Below are positions 1 to 9,473 of a stretch of DNA of 32,000 nt, piece by piece (the first letter of the stretch is position 1; each line of letters begins with the position of its first letter). Position numbers and translations under genes: made by a program. The notes below the pieces were generated by a model. The model made no database searches. It was not told the DNA's origin and was given only the letters and a program-made list of their open reading frames with translations. Origin of the DNA: Tannockella kyphosi (GTDB lineage Bacteria > Bacillota_I > Bacilli_A > Erysipelotrichales > Coprobacillaceae); NCBI RefSeq assembly GCF_021054785.1, contig NZ_CP088239.1:2130001-2162000 (forward strand). Direction: 5' to 3'.

Positions 1-1
1 T

Positions 2-916
2 TTAGGAGCATCGATTGCAATGCATGCAATGTGTCGTTCTTTAGGAAAAGAGAGTCATATTTTAGTAGATTTTGATTCTATGGAAGAAAAAACATTAGCA
101 GTTGCAAGAAGCATGAAAGATGGGGATTATAGTGATATCTTCATTCAGGCAATGCAAGTTAGTGAGTTATGTGATGATGAAACATTATTAATTGTTGTAG
201 ATAATCATAAACCTACATTAGCAATTGATCGTGCGATATTTACTTATGTGACGAATGTTATTGTTATTGATCATCATCGTCGTGGACAAGAGTTTATTGA
301 TTTACCAATATTAGCTTATTTAGAACCTTCAGCTTCTTCTACCGTAGAATTGGTAGTAGAGTTATATGAATATCAAAGAGAAACGATTCAATTAACAGAA
401 TTAGAAGCTACTGTTTTATATACGGGAATGTTAGTGGATACAGGAAACTTTAAAAATAGAGTGGGTCCTAGAACTTTTGAAATGGCAGCAGTATTGAGAG
501 AAATGCAAGCGGATGTTCGAGAAGCAAATAAATATTTAGAAGATGATTATCAAACAACAGTTGATAAATTAGAAATTACAAGAACTGCTTATTTATATGG
601 AGAAGCAGTGTTGATAGCGTATGGTCAAGTTGATAAAATAAGGCCACGTACTTTGTTAGCGAAAGTAGGAAATGAGTTAATTTCCATAGCAGGAATTAAA
701 GCAGTGTTTGTAGTAGGACATACGGATAAGAATCAAGTTTCAATTAGTGCTCGTAGTGTTGGGGATGTGAATGTGCAAGTGATTATGGAAAAACTTGGTG
801 GAGGAGGACACTTCTCTATGGCGGCATGTCAAATTGAAAATACGACGATTCGAGAAGTAATTGGTAAGGTAGAAGGTGCGATAGAAGTATATCGTGAAGA
901 AAGGGATAAATTATAA
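2..916 (+). CDS. gdpP: c-di-AMP phosphodiesterase GdpP-like, C-terminal DHH/DHHA1 part (5' end lies outside the window)
   Basis: Reading frame is open from nt 2. DHH motif (VIDHHRRG) and DHHA1 motif (GGGGHFSMAA) are present. Sits directly upstream of rplI-dnaB, as yybT/gdpP does in Bacillus. Stop overlaps the rplI ATG (TAATG). Confidence 0.8.
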   Translation, partial: LGASIAMHAMCRSLGKESHILVDFDSMEEKTLAVARSMKDGDYSDIFIQAMQVSELCDDETLLIVVDNHKPTLAIDRAIFTYVTNVIVIDHHRRGQEFIDLPILAYLEPSASSTVELVVELYEYQRETIQLTELEATVLYTGMLVDTGNFKNRVGPRTFEMAAVLREMQADVREANKYLEDDYQTTVDKLEITRTAYLYGEAVLIAYGQVDKIRPRTLLAKVGNELISIAGIKAVFVVGHTDKNQVSISARSVGDVNVQVIMEKLGGGGHFSMAACQIENTTIREVIGKVEGAIEVYREERDKL

Positions 917-1362
917 TGAAAGTAATATTATTGCAAGATGTTAAAAATGTAGGTAAAAAAGGAGCAGTTGTGAAAGTAGCAGATGGCTATGGACAAAACT
1001 TCTTGATTAAAAATAAATTAGCGGTAGCAGCAACAGAGACTAGTCGTAAAGTATTAGATCATCAAATGGAAGAAGAAAAGAAATTAGAAGCACAGAAAAA
1101 GACGGATGCAGAAGAATTAAAGAAAGTATTAGAAGCAATTACGTTGGAGTTTCAATTAAAATCTGGTAAAGATGGACGTACTTTTGGAAGTATTTCTACT
1201 AAGAATATTGTAGAAGAATTAAGAGAGAAACATCAAATTAAAGTAGATAAAAGAAAATTTATTGATGCTCATACGGTAGGAGCATTAGGATATACGAAAT
1301 TAAAGTTAGAATTATATAAAGGAGTTATTGCAACAATAACTGTTCATTTAACGGAAAAATAA
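916..1362 (+). CDS. rplI: 50S ribosomal protein L9
   Basis: 148 aa. N-terminus MKVILLQDVKNVGKKG..VKVADGYGQNFLI is typical of L9. Conserved position between gdpP and dnaB. Confidence 0.95.
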   Translation: MKVILLQDVKNVGKKGAVVKVADGYGQNFLIKNKLAVAATETSRKVLDHQMEEEKKLEAQKKTDAEELKKVLEAITLEFQLKSGKDGRTFGSISTKNIVEELREKHQIKVDKRKFIDAHTVGALGYTKLKLELYKGVIATITVHLTEK

Positions 1363-1373
1363 GGAGAAAAAAG

Positions 1374-2744
1374 ATGCAACCAAGAGTAGAACCACATGAT
1401 ATAGATGCAGAACAAGCTGTCTTAGGGGCTATGTTAATATCAAAAGATAAACGTAGTGAAGCAGTTACTGAGCTTACAACAAGTGACTTCTATGACAGTA
1501 GACATCAGCTTATTTATCAAGCAATTGAAGTAATGGAAGCAAAAAAAGAAGCAACGGATACAACAAATGTAGCTTCTTATTTAAATACGTCTGGTCATTT
1601 AGAAGCAGTGGGAGGAGTTGCTTATTTATTAGAACTAGCTAACTCTTTGCCTGTATTAGGACATACAAGCTATTATATTCGTACGTTACAAAATAAAGCA
1701 ATGTTACGAAATATTATAACGGAATCATCTATTATTACAGCACAAGCTTATGAAGATGGAATTGATGTAGCAGACTTTTTAGCACAATCTGAAAAGCGTA
1801 TTATGGCTGCAACAAAAAATCGTACTTCTGGTGAATTTAAAGAAATTGGAGAAGTGCTAGGTGAAATTAAACAAGAATTAATTATTTTATCGAAAAGTGA
1901 TAATACTACTTCTGGGGTACCATCTGGCTTTGTTGCATTAGATGCAATTACACATGGGTTCCATCCTGGGGCATTGATTATCGTAGCAGCGAGACCAGCT
2001 ATGGGGAAAACTGCTTTTGCGTTAAATTTAGTTCAAGCAGCAGCCCATGAATCACGTGATCCAGTAGTTTTATTTTCTTTAGAAATGGATGCAGCATCTT
2101 TATTAAAACGTATTATTTGTTCAACAGGATCGATTACTGGGGAAGATATTAAAACAGGTAATATTTTAAAAAGTGGTCCAGGGGAAGCAAAATATCAAGC
2201 AACAGTAGAAAAAGTATCGAAATGTAACTTATATATTGATGATAGTGGTGGTATTACAATTAATGATATTGCTGCAAAATGTCGTCAACTAAAGAGTCAA
2301 AAAGGTGGAATAAGGATGATTGTTGTAGATTATCTACAATTAATTAATGGTTCAGGTAATAAACCAGGAGATAATCGTCAACAAGAAGTATCTGAAATAT
2401 CAAGACAATTAAAATCCTTAGCTAGAGAGTTAGAAGTACCAGTCATTGCATTAAGTCAGTTATCACGTGGGGTAGAAAGTCGTACAGACAAAAGACCAAT
2501 GTTATCAGATTTACGTGAATCTGGAGCGATTGAACAGGATGCAGATATGGTTTCCTTTATTTATAGAGAAGGTTATTATAAAAAAACAGAGGATCAAAAA
2601 GATGATAATGGTTTAACAGAAATCATTATTGCAAAACACCGTAATGGACCAACAGGAACAATTCATTTAATGTTTGAAAATTCTTATAGCCGTTTTATAG
2701 GTGTTACAAAACAACAAATAGATGGAACAAAAGATGTTCGTTAA
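1374..2744 (+). CDS. dnaB: replicative DNA helicase (DnaB family; called DnaC in B. subtilis)
   Basis: 456 aa. N-terminal [15 protein letters not shown], Walker [19 protein letters not shown], and the SQLSR and [11 protein letters not shown] motifs. GGAG RBS upstream. Confidence 0.95.
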   Translation: MQPRVEPHDIDAEQAVLGAMLISKDKRSEAVTELTTSDFYDSRHQLIYQAIEVMEAKKEATDTTNVASYLNTSGHLEAVGGVAYLLELANSLPVLGHTSYYIRTLQNKAMLRNIITESSIITAQAYEDGIDVADFLAQSEKRIMAATKNRTSGEFKEIGEVLGEIKQELIILSKSDNTTSGVPSGFVALDAITHGFHPGALIIVAARPAMGKTAFALNLVQAAAHESRDPVVLFSLEMDAASLLKRIICSTGSITGEDIKTGNILKSGPGEAKYQATVEKVSKCNLYIDDSGGITINDIAAKCRQLKSQKGGIRMIVVDYLQLINGSGNKPGDNRQQEVSEISRQLKSLARELEVPVIALSQLSRGVESRTDKRPMLSDLRESGAIEQDADMVSFIYREGYYKKTEDQKDDNGLTEIIIAKHRNGPTGTIHLMFENSYSRFIGVTKQQIDGTKDVR

Positions 2745-2755
2745 GAGGAGGAAAT

Positions 2756-3352
2756 ATGTATCATCAATATAGTGAAGGGTGGATTGAAGTAATCTGTGGT
2801 TGTATGTTTGCGGGGAAAACAGAAGAATTAATTCGTCGTATTAATGTATTAAGTTTTGCGAATAAAAAAATGAAAATATTTAAACCAGCAATTGACAATC
2901 GCTATTCAAATAGTGAAGTGGTATCTCATGCTGGAATGAAAGTTCCTTGTATTGTGGTAAGCAGTGCCATGGAAATACTAGAACATGTTACAAAAGAAGA
3001 TCAAGTAATCGCAATAGATGAAGTTCAATTCTTTGATGAAAAGGTAGTAGAAGTGTGTGAATACTTAGCAGATCAAGGAAAAAGAGTAATGGTAGCAGGG
3101 TTAGATGAAGATTTCCGTGGGGAATCATTTGGAGTTTTACCAGAATTGTTAGCACATGCTGAGTTTGTTACGAAATTAACGGCAGTATGTTCTAAATGTG
3201 GTGGACCAGCAACAAGAACACAACGTTTAGTTAATGGAAAACCTGCATCTTATGAGGATCCTATTGTATTGGTAGGAGCAGTCGATCATTATGAGGCTAG
3301 ATGTCGTAAATGTCATGAAGTACTAAACAAGAAAAGTTTTAAAAATAAATGA
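2756..3352 (+). CDS. tdk: thymidine kinase
   Basis: 198 aa. P-loop [19 protein letters not shown], and the C-terminal zinc ribbon CSKCG ... CRKCH. GAGGAGG RBS. Confidence 0.93.
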   Translation: MYHQYSEGWIEVICGCMFAGKTEELIRRINVLSFANKKMKIFKPAIDNRYSNSEVVSHAGMKVPCIVVSSAMEILEHVTKEDQVIAIDEVQFFDEKVVEVCEYLADQGKRVMVAGLDEDFRGESFGVLPELLAHAEFVTKLTAVCSKCGGPATRTQRLVNGKPASYEDPIVLVGAVDHYEARCRKCHEVLNKKSFKNK

Positions 3353-3449
3353 TGTTCATATTCAATTAATAAATATAATCTATGATAAGGGTGTAGAAAT
3401 AATTCTAATCCTCCCTTAAATTAGAATGTATGGAAACAAATAATACGAT

Positions 3450-3482
3450 AACACGAGAAAGTTTGGTTCTCGTGTTATTTTT
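3450..3482 (+). terminator. rho-independent terminator inside repeat copy 1
   Basis: 10-bp perfect stem aacacgagaa / ttctcgtgtt, 7-nt loop, followed by attttt. Confidence 0.85.
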
Positions 3483-3584
3483 ATTTATGTTCATATTCAA
3501 TTAATAAATATAATCTATTATAAGGGTGTAGAAATAATTCTAATCCTCCCTTAAATTAGAATGTATGGAAACAAATAATACGAT

Positions 3585-3617
3585 AACACGAGAAAGTTTG
3601 GTTCTCGTGTTATTTTT
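3585..3617 (+). terminator. rho-independent terminator inside repeat copy 2
   Basis: Same hairpin and T-run as copy 1, offset by 135 bp. Confidence 0.85.
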
Positions 3618-3719
3618 ATTTATGTTCATATTCAATTAATAAATATAATCTATGATAAGGGTGTAGAAATAATTCTAATCCTCCCTTAAATTAGAATATA
3701 TGGAAACAAATAATACAAT

Positions 3720-3752
3720 AACACGAGAAAGTTTGGTTCTCGTGTTATTTTT
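3720..3752 (+). terminator. rho-independent terminator inside repeat copy 3
   Basis: Same hairpin and T-run as copy 1, offset by 270 bp. Confidence 0.85.
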
Positions 3753-3839
3753 GGCTTTTCAAAGAAATAGATAGGCATATTGTGGGATGTATGGTAGTAT
3801 ATAGGGTGGTTAGAAGTAATAATTAGTGGAGGTTATTTT

Positions 3840-4913
3840 ATGAATAATATGATAGAAAGATTAGAATCAATAGAAAAAAGATATGAAGAATTAAGTCATA
3901 TTTTAATGGATCCAAATATAGGAAGTGATATTAAAAGAATGACAGAAGTAACAAAAGAACAAGCTAGTTTACAATATGCTTTTGATTTATATCAAGAATA
4001 TAAAGAAATTTCAAATGGAATAGAAGAAGCAAAATTATTAGCGAAAGAAAAAGATCCTGAAATCAAAGAAATGGCACAAATGGAATTAGATGAATTAGAA
4101 GCTCGTTTTCCTGAAGTAGAAAAGAAATTAGAGTTAGAACTAATACCAAAAGATCCAAACGATAATAAAAATGTAATTGTCGAAGTACGTGGTGCTGCTG
4201 GTGGTGATGAAGGAAATATCTTTGCAGGTGATTTATATCGTATGTATGTTAAATATGCAGAAGCACAAGGTTGGTCTGTTGATTTAATGGAAGCAACGGT
4301 AGCAGAAGCTGGTGGTTTTTCAATGGTCAGCTTTATGGTAAAAGGAGAAGGAGCCTATTCTCGTTTAAAATTCGAATCTGGTTCGCACCGTGTTCAACGT
4401 GTTCCTAAAACAGAAACCCAAGGACGTGTGCATACTTCAACAGCAACTGTATTAGTAATGCCAGAAGTAGAAGAAGTAGATGTTGAAATTAATGCTGGTG
4501 ATTTACGTATTGATACATATCGTGCATCTGGAGCTGGGGGACAACATATTAATAAGACTGATTCAGCTGTTCGTATTACCCATCTTCCAACAGGGATTGT
4601 AGCTGCCAGTCAAGATGGTAGAAGTCAACATGATAATAAAGATAAAGCAATGAAAGCATTAATTGCTCGTATTTATGATAAATTCCAACAAGAACAACTA
4701 GAAGCTATTGGAAGTGAAAGAAAAGATAAAGTTGGTACGGGAGATCGTGCTGAAAAGATTCGTACCTATAACTATCCTCAAAATCGTGTTACAGATCACC
4801 GTATTGGATTTACAATCCAACAATTGGATCGTGTCATGGAAGGTAAGTTAGATGATGTTATTCAAGCATTAATGAATGAAGATCAACGTTTAAAATTAGA
4901 AGGGGCACAATAA
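3840..4913 (+). CDS. prfA: peptide chain release factor 1
   Basis: 357 aa. GGQ motif (SGAGGQHINKTDSAVRITH), RF1-type PxT tripeptide region (RVPKTETQGRVHTS). Followed by prmC, as in most bacteria. Confidence 0.95.
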   Translation: MNNMIERLESIEKRYEELSHILMDPNIGSDIKRMTEVTKEQASLQYAFDLYQEYKEISNGIEEAKLLAKEKDPEIKEMAQMELDELEARFPEVEKKLELELIPKDPNDNKNVIVEVRGAAGGDEGNIFAGDLYRMYVKYAEAQGWSVDLMEATVAEAGGFSMVSFMVKGEGAYSRLKFESGSHRVQRVPKTETQGRVHTSTATVLVMPEVEEVDVEINAGDLRIDTYRASGAGGQHINKTDSAVRITHLPTGIVAASQDGRSQHDNKDKAMKALIARIYDKFQQEQLEAIGSERKDKVGTGDRAEKIRTYNYPQNRVTDHRIGFTIQQLDRVMEGKLDDVIQALMNEDQRLKLEGAQ

Positions 4914-5761
4914 TGGCTACCATTAGACAATTAATTGATCAAGTAGAAACTAGATTAGATAATGAAAATAAGAATGTAAATGTTGCAAAAGTATGGATGT
5001 TTCATGTTGTAAATCAACCTCCTCATCTTATTTATATGATGATGGATGAAGAATTAGATGTAACATTAGAAAAGCAATTCTTAGAAGGAATAGAAACATA
5101 CTTTGATGGAAAACCAATTCAATATATTAAAGGAGTAGAAAACTTCTTTGGTAGAGATTTTAAAGTAAATGAAAGTGTTTTAATTCCTCGTTATGAAACA
5201 GAGGAATTAGTAGAACAAATTTTATATCGTATTGATGATTATTTTGAAGATTACAAAGAGATTGATTTATGTGATGTTGGTACAGGTAGTGGAGCAATCG
5301 CGATTACATTAGCGTTAGAAGAAGCTAGACTAAAAGTACAAGCTACGGATATATCAAAGGATGCACTTGTTGTTGCAAAAGAGAATGCATTACAATTAGG
5401 AGCAGATATTTCTTTTTATCAAGGAGATATGTTAGCACCTTTACAAGGAAAGAAATTTGATATCTTTGTATCCAATCCTCCTTATATACCACAAGATCAA
5501 ACAATTGAATCAGTAGTAAAAGATAATGAACCACATGTTGCTTTATTTGGTGGAGAAGATGGATTGTATTTTTATCGTAAAATATTCCAAGATGTAAAAA
5601 GTATTCTAAATGATCGTGCTTTGTTAGCTTTTGAAATGGGGTTTGATCAAAGAGAATTAATGGAACAAGCGGTAAAGACTTATTTTGATGATGAATTTGA
5701 AATAATAAAAGACATAAATGGAAAAGATCGTATGTTATTTATTTATTATCATTTAAAATGA
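4913..5761 (+). CDS. prmC: release factor glutamine N5-methyltransferase
   Basis: 282 aa. SAM-binding DVGTGSGAIAI and catalytic NPPY (VSNPPYI). ATG overlaps the prfA stop. Confidence 0.9.
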   Translation: MATIRQLIDQVETRLDNENKNVNVAKVWMFHVVNQPPHLIYMMMDEELDVTLEKQFLEGIETYFDGKPIQYIKGVENFFGRDFKVNESVLIPRYETEELVEQILYRIDDYFEDYKEIDLCDVGTGSGAIAITLALEEARLKVQATDISKDALVVAKENALQLGADISFYQGDMLAPLQGKKFDIFVSNPPYIPQDQTIESVVKDNEPHVALFGGEDGLYFYRKIFQDVKSILNDRALLAFEMGFDQRELMEQAVKTYFDDEFEIIKDINGKDRMLFIYYHLK

Positions 5762-6249
5762 TAAAAACAGAAAGATTAATTATTAATCAATTGCATCAAA
5801 ATGATGCAAAAGCATTTTCTAGTTATCGAAATAAACCAGAAGTGTATCAATATCAAACATGGTCTAATTATTCCATCTTTCGAGCAAAGATACGTATTAA
5901 TCAATGTAATAATCAAGTCTTTCATAAAGATATCTTTAATTATCAACTAGCAATAAGGTTATTAGATAATACATTAATTGGTGATTTCTATTTAGAACCA
6001 ATTGATGAAAAGAGTATTGTTCTTGGATATACATTAGATAATGTATATTGGAATCAAGGATATGCCAGTGAGGCATTGCAAGCAATGCTACACTGGTTAA
6101 AAGAAGTACATCATTATTTTAGAATAGAATGTCATGTTTATATGGATAATGTTCGTTCTATTGGTTTATTAAAGAAGAATGGTTTTCATTTATATAAAGA
6201 GTGTAATAGAGAAAATATTGAAAGTTATGAGTATTTATTAGAAGGATAA
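5758..6249 (+). CDS. GNAT-family N-acetyltransferase (RimJ/RimL-like)
   Basis: 163 aa. N-terminal TERLIINQL, and the WNQGYASEAL / VR.S..LL.K.GF pattern typical of GNAT acetyl-CoA binding. 4-nt overlap with prmC. Confidence 0.75.
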   Translation: MIKTERLIINQLHQNDAKAFSSYRNKPEVYQYQTWSNYSIFRAKIRINQCNNQVFHKDIFNYQLAIRLLDNTLIGDFYLEPIDEKSIVLGYTLDNVYWNQGYASEALQAMLHWLKEVHHYFRIECHVYMDNVRSIGLLKKNGFHLYKECNRENIESYEYLLEG

Positions 6250-6263
6250 TATCCTTCTTTTTT
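6241..6263 (+). terminator. rho-independent terminator overlapping the GNAT stop codon
   Basis: Stem gaaggat / atccttc, loop aat, followed by tttttt. Confidence 0.7.
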
Positions 6264-6328
6264 ATTTTTAGCAACATTCGCCAAATAATGCAATGAATAG
6301 GTTTTATACTTAATTTGAGGTGAGGGGA

Positions 6329-8512
6329 ATGGAATTTATATTAGAAAGAAAAAGAGTAAAAGAAATAGAGTTAGGAGTTATGTTTGGTTTTTATGCATTA
6401 ACAGTAGTATTAGGATGTATTCCGATATTAGAACATGCTGGTTCTTTTGTTTTACCATTGATTATGGTGGCATATTGTTGTGGTTATAAGTATGTTTTTA
6501 TGTATTATGTTGGGTTGATTACTTCTTGTCTTTTTGTTAGTGGAAATGAGACAATCGTAGTAATGGCAATTAGTATCGGTGTATTTTTTCAATTAGCTAA
6601 TTTGTTAAAGATAACGAATATGTTTTATATGCCTGTTTTAATTGTAGCAGTGACTGTTTTTTATTTATCAGTATATCAGTTTCATTATAAGGTAGTGGTG
6701 ATGTCGATGATTGTATCGATTATTCATTGTTATTTGTATAAAGAATTAATACCTATTGTAATTCATCAAACAATGGATCAGTTTATTGAAAAGAAGTGGA
6801 TTGTAGTTTGTATCTTAAGTTATTTAATGACTACTATATTCTATGAAGTAAATCCAATATTTATGATTGTTTTAATTCGTTATTTCTTTATTATGAGTAT
6901 TTATTATTTAAATATGCAAGTAGCGATACCTAGTGTTTTCTATATAGCTATCTTATTATTGTTACAAAGCCAAGGATTACAAACTGATATTTTAGCTATC
7001 TTATTACCAAGCTTTATTTATTTTATATACAAACCTAAAAATAAGATTCAATGTATTAGTATTTATTTATTAAGTCATATATTTTTACCTTTCTTTATTG
7101 ATTATGATTATTTCTATCAGGCCTTTGTGATTGTGATGAGTAGTTTACTCTTTATTGTTACACCCAAACTATCTTATCATTATCCTCAAGCAATGGATCA
7201 GTTTATTCATACAAACAAACAAAAGCTACAACAAAAAACAGATTCTTTTCGTGAACTATTCCAACAACTAATCGATGTTTTTCAAAACACAAACTCTTTA
7301 ATACCAGTCCAACAATATGTCGATTATGCAATCGATGATATTTGTACGAATTGTAGTAGCAAAGAACATTGTTTTCGTTCTAGTTATGGTACTACTAGAT
7401 TGGTGAAACTTATGTTAAAAGGAGTAAAAGAAGATATGAATGAAGAAGATAAACAGTATATTAAAGAGTATTGTATTAATGCTCCTGATTATTTTCAACA
7501 CATCCAAAAGCATCGTCAAAACTATGTTCGTTTAAAGCAAACAAGTAAAGAGAATCAACATTTAAAAGAAGACTTGTTAGAAGAATTTTCTGTTTTTTCG
7601 AATGTTTTTGAAAACTTTCATGATAGTGTTAGACAAGTTCAATTAAATGAACAACATTTATTAGAACATTTAAAAGGATATCATTTTGATATCCAGTATT
7701 TAAAGAAAATAAAGATTAGTAAGGAAAGTTATTATTTAGATTTAGGAATCATGCAAATATCTAGGAAAATAATAGAAACAGAATTATTACCAATCATTGA
7801 ATCTTTTTATCAACAAAACTTTTCTATCTATGCCTTGCAAGAAAGTGTTCCTCATTATGGATATATGTCTTTGCGATTAAAATATGATACAAAATATAGA
7901 ATAGAACATGGATTTCAACAAATTGCATATGATAAACAAGTATGTGGAGATAATTATACTGTTTTTAAAAAAGAAAATGTTCAATACTTTGCTTTAAGTG
8001 ATGGGATGGGACAAGGTTTAGAAGCAAGTAAAGAAAGTAAGTTAACATTGGATATATTATCTAAATTAGTAATGAATGGTATTTCTTTAAAAGATACAAT
8101 TGATTCTATTAATGCTTTACTTAGAGTTAAAAATAGAAGTGATATGTATACGACACTTGATTTATGTGCAATGGATTGTAGTAGTGGAGAAGCTTCTTTT
8201 GTGAAGTATGGAGCAAATACGACGTATTATGTTCATCATCAAAAAGTAGTTAAATTAGAAAATCATAGTTTACCTGTTGGTGTAGTAAAAGATCTGAAGA
8301 TGACTAGTTATCAAAGAATGATGGAACAAGGAGATATGATTATTTTAACTAGTGATGGAGTGGGTGATCGTTTTGAATATATTATTCAAGCAAAGCTGAT
8401 GATGTTTGAAAATCAACATGCTCAAACGATTGCGGGAATGTTGATGAAAGAAGTACAAATAGGACAAGAACAAGATGATACTAGTATTTTAGTATTAAAA
8501 ATAACAGACTAA
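6329..8512 (+). CDS. spoIIE: SpoIIE-like membrane PP2C phosphatase (stage II sporulation protein E family)
   Basis: About 727 aa. The N-terminal 290 residues or so are multiple hydrophobic helices. C-terminal PP2C/SpoIIE motifs: FALSDGMGQGLEASKES, TLDLCAMD, ILTSDGV, DDTSILVLK. Conserved position upstream of tilS-hpt-ftsH. ATG at 6329 follows GAGGTGAGGGGA; the track start at 6320 is a GTG inside that RBS. Confidence 0.85.
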   Translation: MEFILERKRVKEIELGVMFGFYALTVVLGCIPILEHAGSFVLPLIMVAYCCGYKYVFMYYVGLITSCLFVSGNETIVVMAISIGVFFQLANLLKITNMFYMPVLIVAVTVFYLSVYQFHYKVVVMSMIVSIIHCYLYKELIPIVIHQTMDQFIEKKWIVVCILSYLMTTIFYEVNPIFMIVLIRYFFIMSIYYLNMQVAIPSVFYIAILLLLQSQGLQTDILAILLPSFIYFIYKPKNKIQCISIYLLSHIFLPFFIDYDYFYQAFVIVMSSLLFIVTPKLSYHYPQAMDQFIHTNKQKLQQKTDSFRELFQQLIDVFQNTNSLIPVQQYVDYAIDDICTNCSSKEHCFRSSYGTTRLVKLMLKGVKEDMNEEDKQYIKEYCINAPDYFQHIQKHRQNYVRLKQTSKENQHLKEDLLEEFSVFSNVFENFHDSVRQVQLNEQHLLEHLKGYHFDIQYLKKIKISKESYYLDLGIMQISRKIIETELLPIIESFYQQNFSIYALQESVPHYGYMSLRLKYDTKYRIEHGFQQIAYDKQVCGDNYTVFKKENVQYFALSDGMGQGLEASKESKLTLDILSKLVMNGISLKDTIDSINALLRVKNRSDMYTTLDLCAMDCSSGEASFVKYGANTTYYVHHQKVVKLENHSLPVGVVKDLKMTSYQRMMEQGDMIILTSDGVGDRFEYIIQAKLMMFENQHAQTIAGMLMKEVQIGQEQDDTSILVLKITD

Positions 8513-8603
8513 TGTTTAAAATAAAACAATAGTCTTTTTATTTTCATGGATTTTCATAGGTGTTAGTGCTATTATTAAGAATATTAAAAGTAGAGGAAAC
8601 AAG

Positions 8604-9473
8604 ATGAAAGAACATACAAAGGATTTATGTTTATTACATATAGCAGTAATGTTATTAGGATTTTCTGGTACTATTGGGCAGTTTGTAACAGTTAGTTCTA
8701 TGCTTATTACTTTTGGGAGAGTTGCTTTTTCCTTAATTCTTTTAACAAGCATTTTGCTTGTTAAAAAGGAATCTTTTCGATTGGGTTGTGGGAAGGATTA
8801 TTGTATTATTGTCGTGGCAGGAGTAGTTTTGTGTATTCATTGGGTTACATTTTTCCAAGCAATTCATTGTTCAACAGTAGCGATAGGAATTATATCTTTT
8901 TCTACTTTTCCTATTTTTGTTACTTTTTTAGAACCACTTATTTATCATGAAAAATATTCTATCCAAAGTATTATCTGTTCCTTTGTTTTAATGCTTGGGG
9001 TGATGATTACAGTACCTGAATTCAGTTTAGAAAACCAAGTAACAGTTGGAATTATGTGGGGAATGGTATCAAGCTGTAGTTTTGCAATATTATCCTTAAT
9101 AAATCGTTATTTATCCACTCATTATGATGGTTCTAAGATTTGTTTTTATGAACAAGGGGTAGTGGCAATTTTGTTATTACCGGTGTTTATAATGAGTGAT
9201 GTAGTATGGTCTAGGAGTGATATAATGGGAGTAATGGCGATTGGTTTTCTATGTACCGCACTAGCATATTCTTTGTATATATCCGCCCAAAAGACAATCA
9301 AAGCACAAACAGTAGGATTGATTTCTGGTTTAGAAACAGTATATGGGATTTTATATGCAGCTATTTTGTTGCAAGAAATACCAAGTAGTCAGGAGTTAAT
9401 GGGAGCGGCTATTATTTTAGGAGTTGCAGTTTATACATCGATGCAAAAAGCAGGGAAAGAAGGAGTATTATGA
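8604..9473 (+). CDS. EamA/DMT-family transporter (10-TM type)
   Basis: 289 aa, hydrophobic throughout, with two-fold internal EamA-like organisation. 4-nt overlap with tilS. Confidence 0.7.
   Translation: MKEHTKDLCLLHIAVMLLGFSGTIGQFVTVSSMLITFGRVAFSLILLTSILLVKKESFRLGCGKDYCIIVVAGVVLCIHWVTFFQAIHCSTVAIGIISFSTFPIFVTFLEPLIYHEKYSIQSIICSFVLMLGVMITVPEFSLENQVTVGIMWGMVSSCSFAILSLINRYLSTHYDGSKICFYEQGVVAILLLPVFIMSDVVWSRSDIMGVMAIGFLCTALAYSLYISAQKTIKAQTVGLISGLETVYGILYAAILLQEIPSSQELMGAAIILGVAVYTSMQKAGKEGVL

Larger units (their letters stand above)
3352..3752 (+). repeat. three head-to-tail copies of a 135-bp unit (3352-3486, 3487-3621, 3622-3752), differing at only 3 positions
   Basis: Direct alignment by eye. 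Unit starts are atgttcatattcaattaataaatataatc at 3352, 3487 and 3622. Substitutions: G to T in copy 2 (tattataag) and two G to A changes in copy 3. Copy 1 begins at the last base of the tdk stop codon. Confidence 0.95.

Noticed and set aside
3405-3494. 29-codon minus-strand ORF (MNINKNNTRTKLSRVIVLFVSIHSNLRED) that recurs at each junction of the 135-bp repeat, also at 3540-3629
   Set aside because: It has no Shine-Dalgarno sequence, runs antisense through the terminator hairpin, and the terminator polarity (T-run) fits + strand transcription.
3352-3752. Possible CRISPR-like or IS-derived repeat
   Set aside because: The 135-bp units abut head-to-tail without unique spacers. They contain no transposase remnant or terminal inverted repeats. 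Each is dominated by a terminator hairpin.
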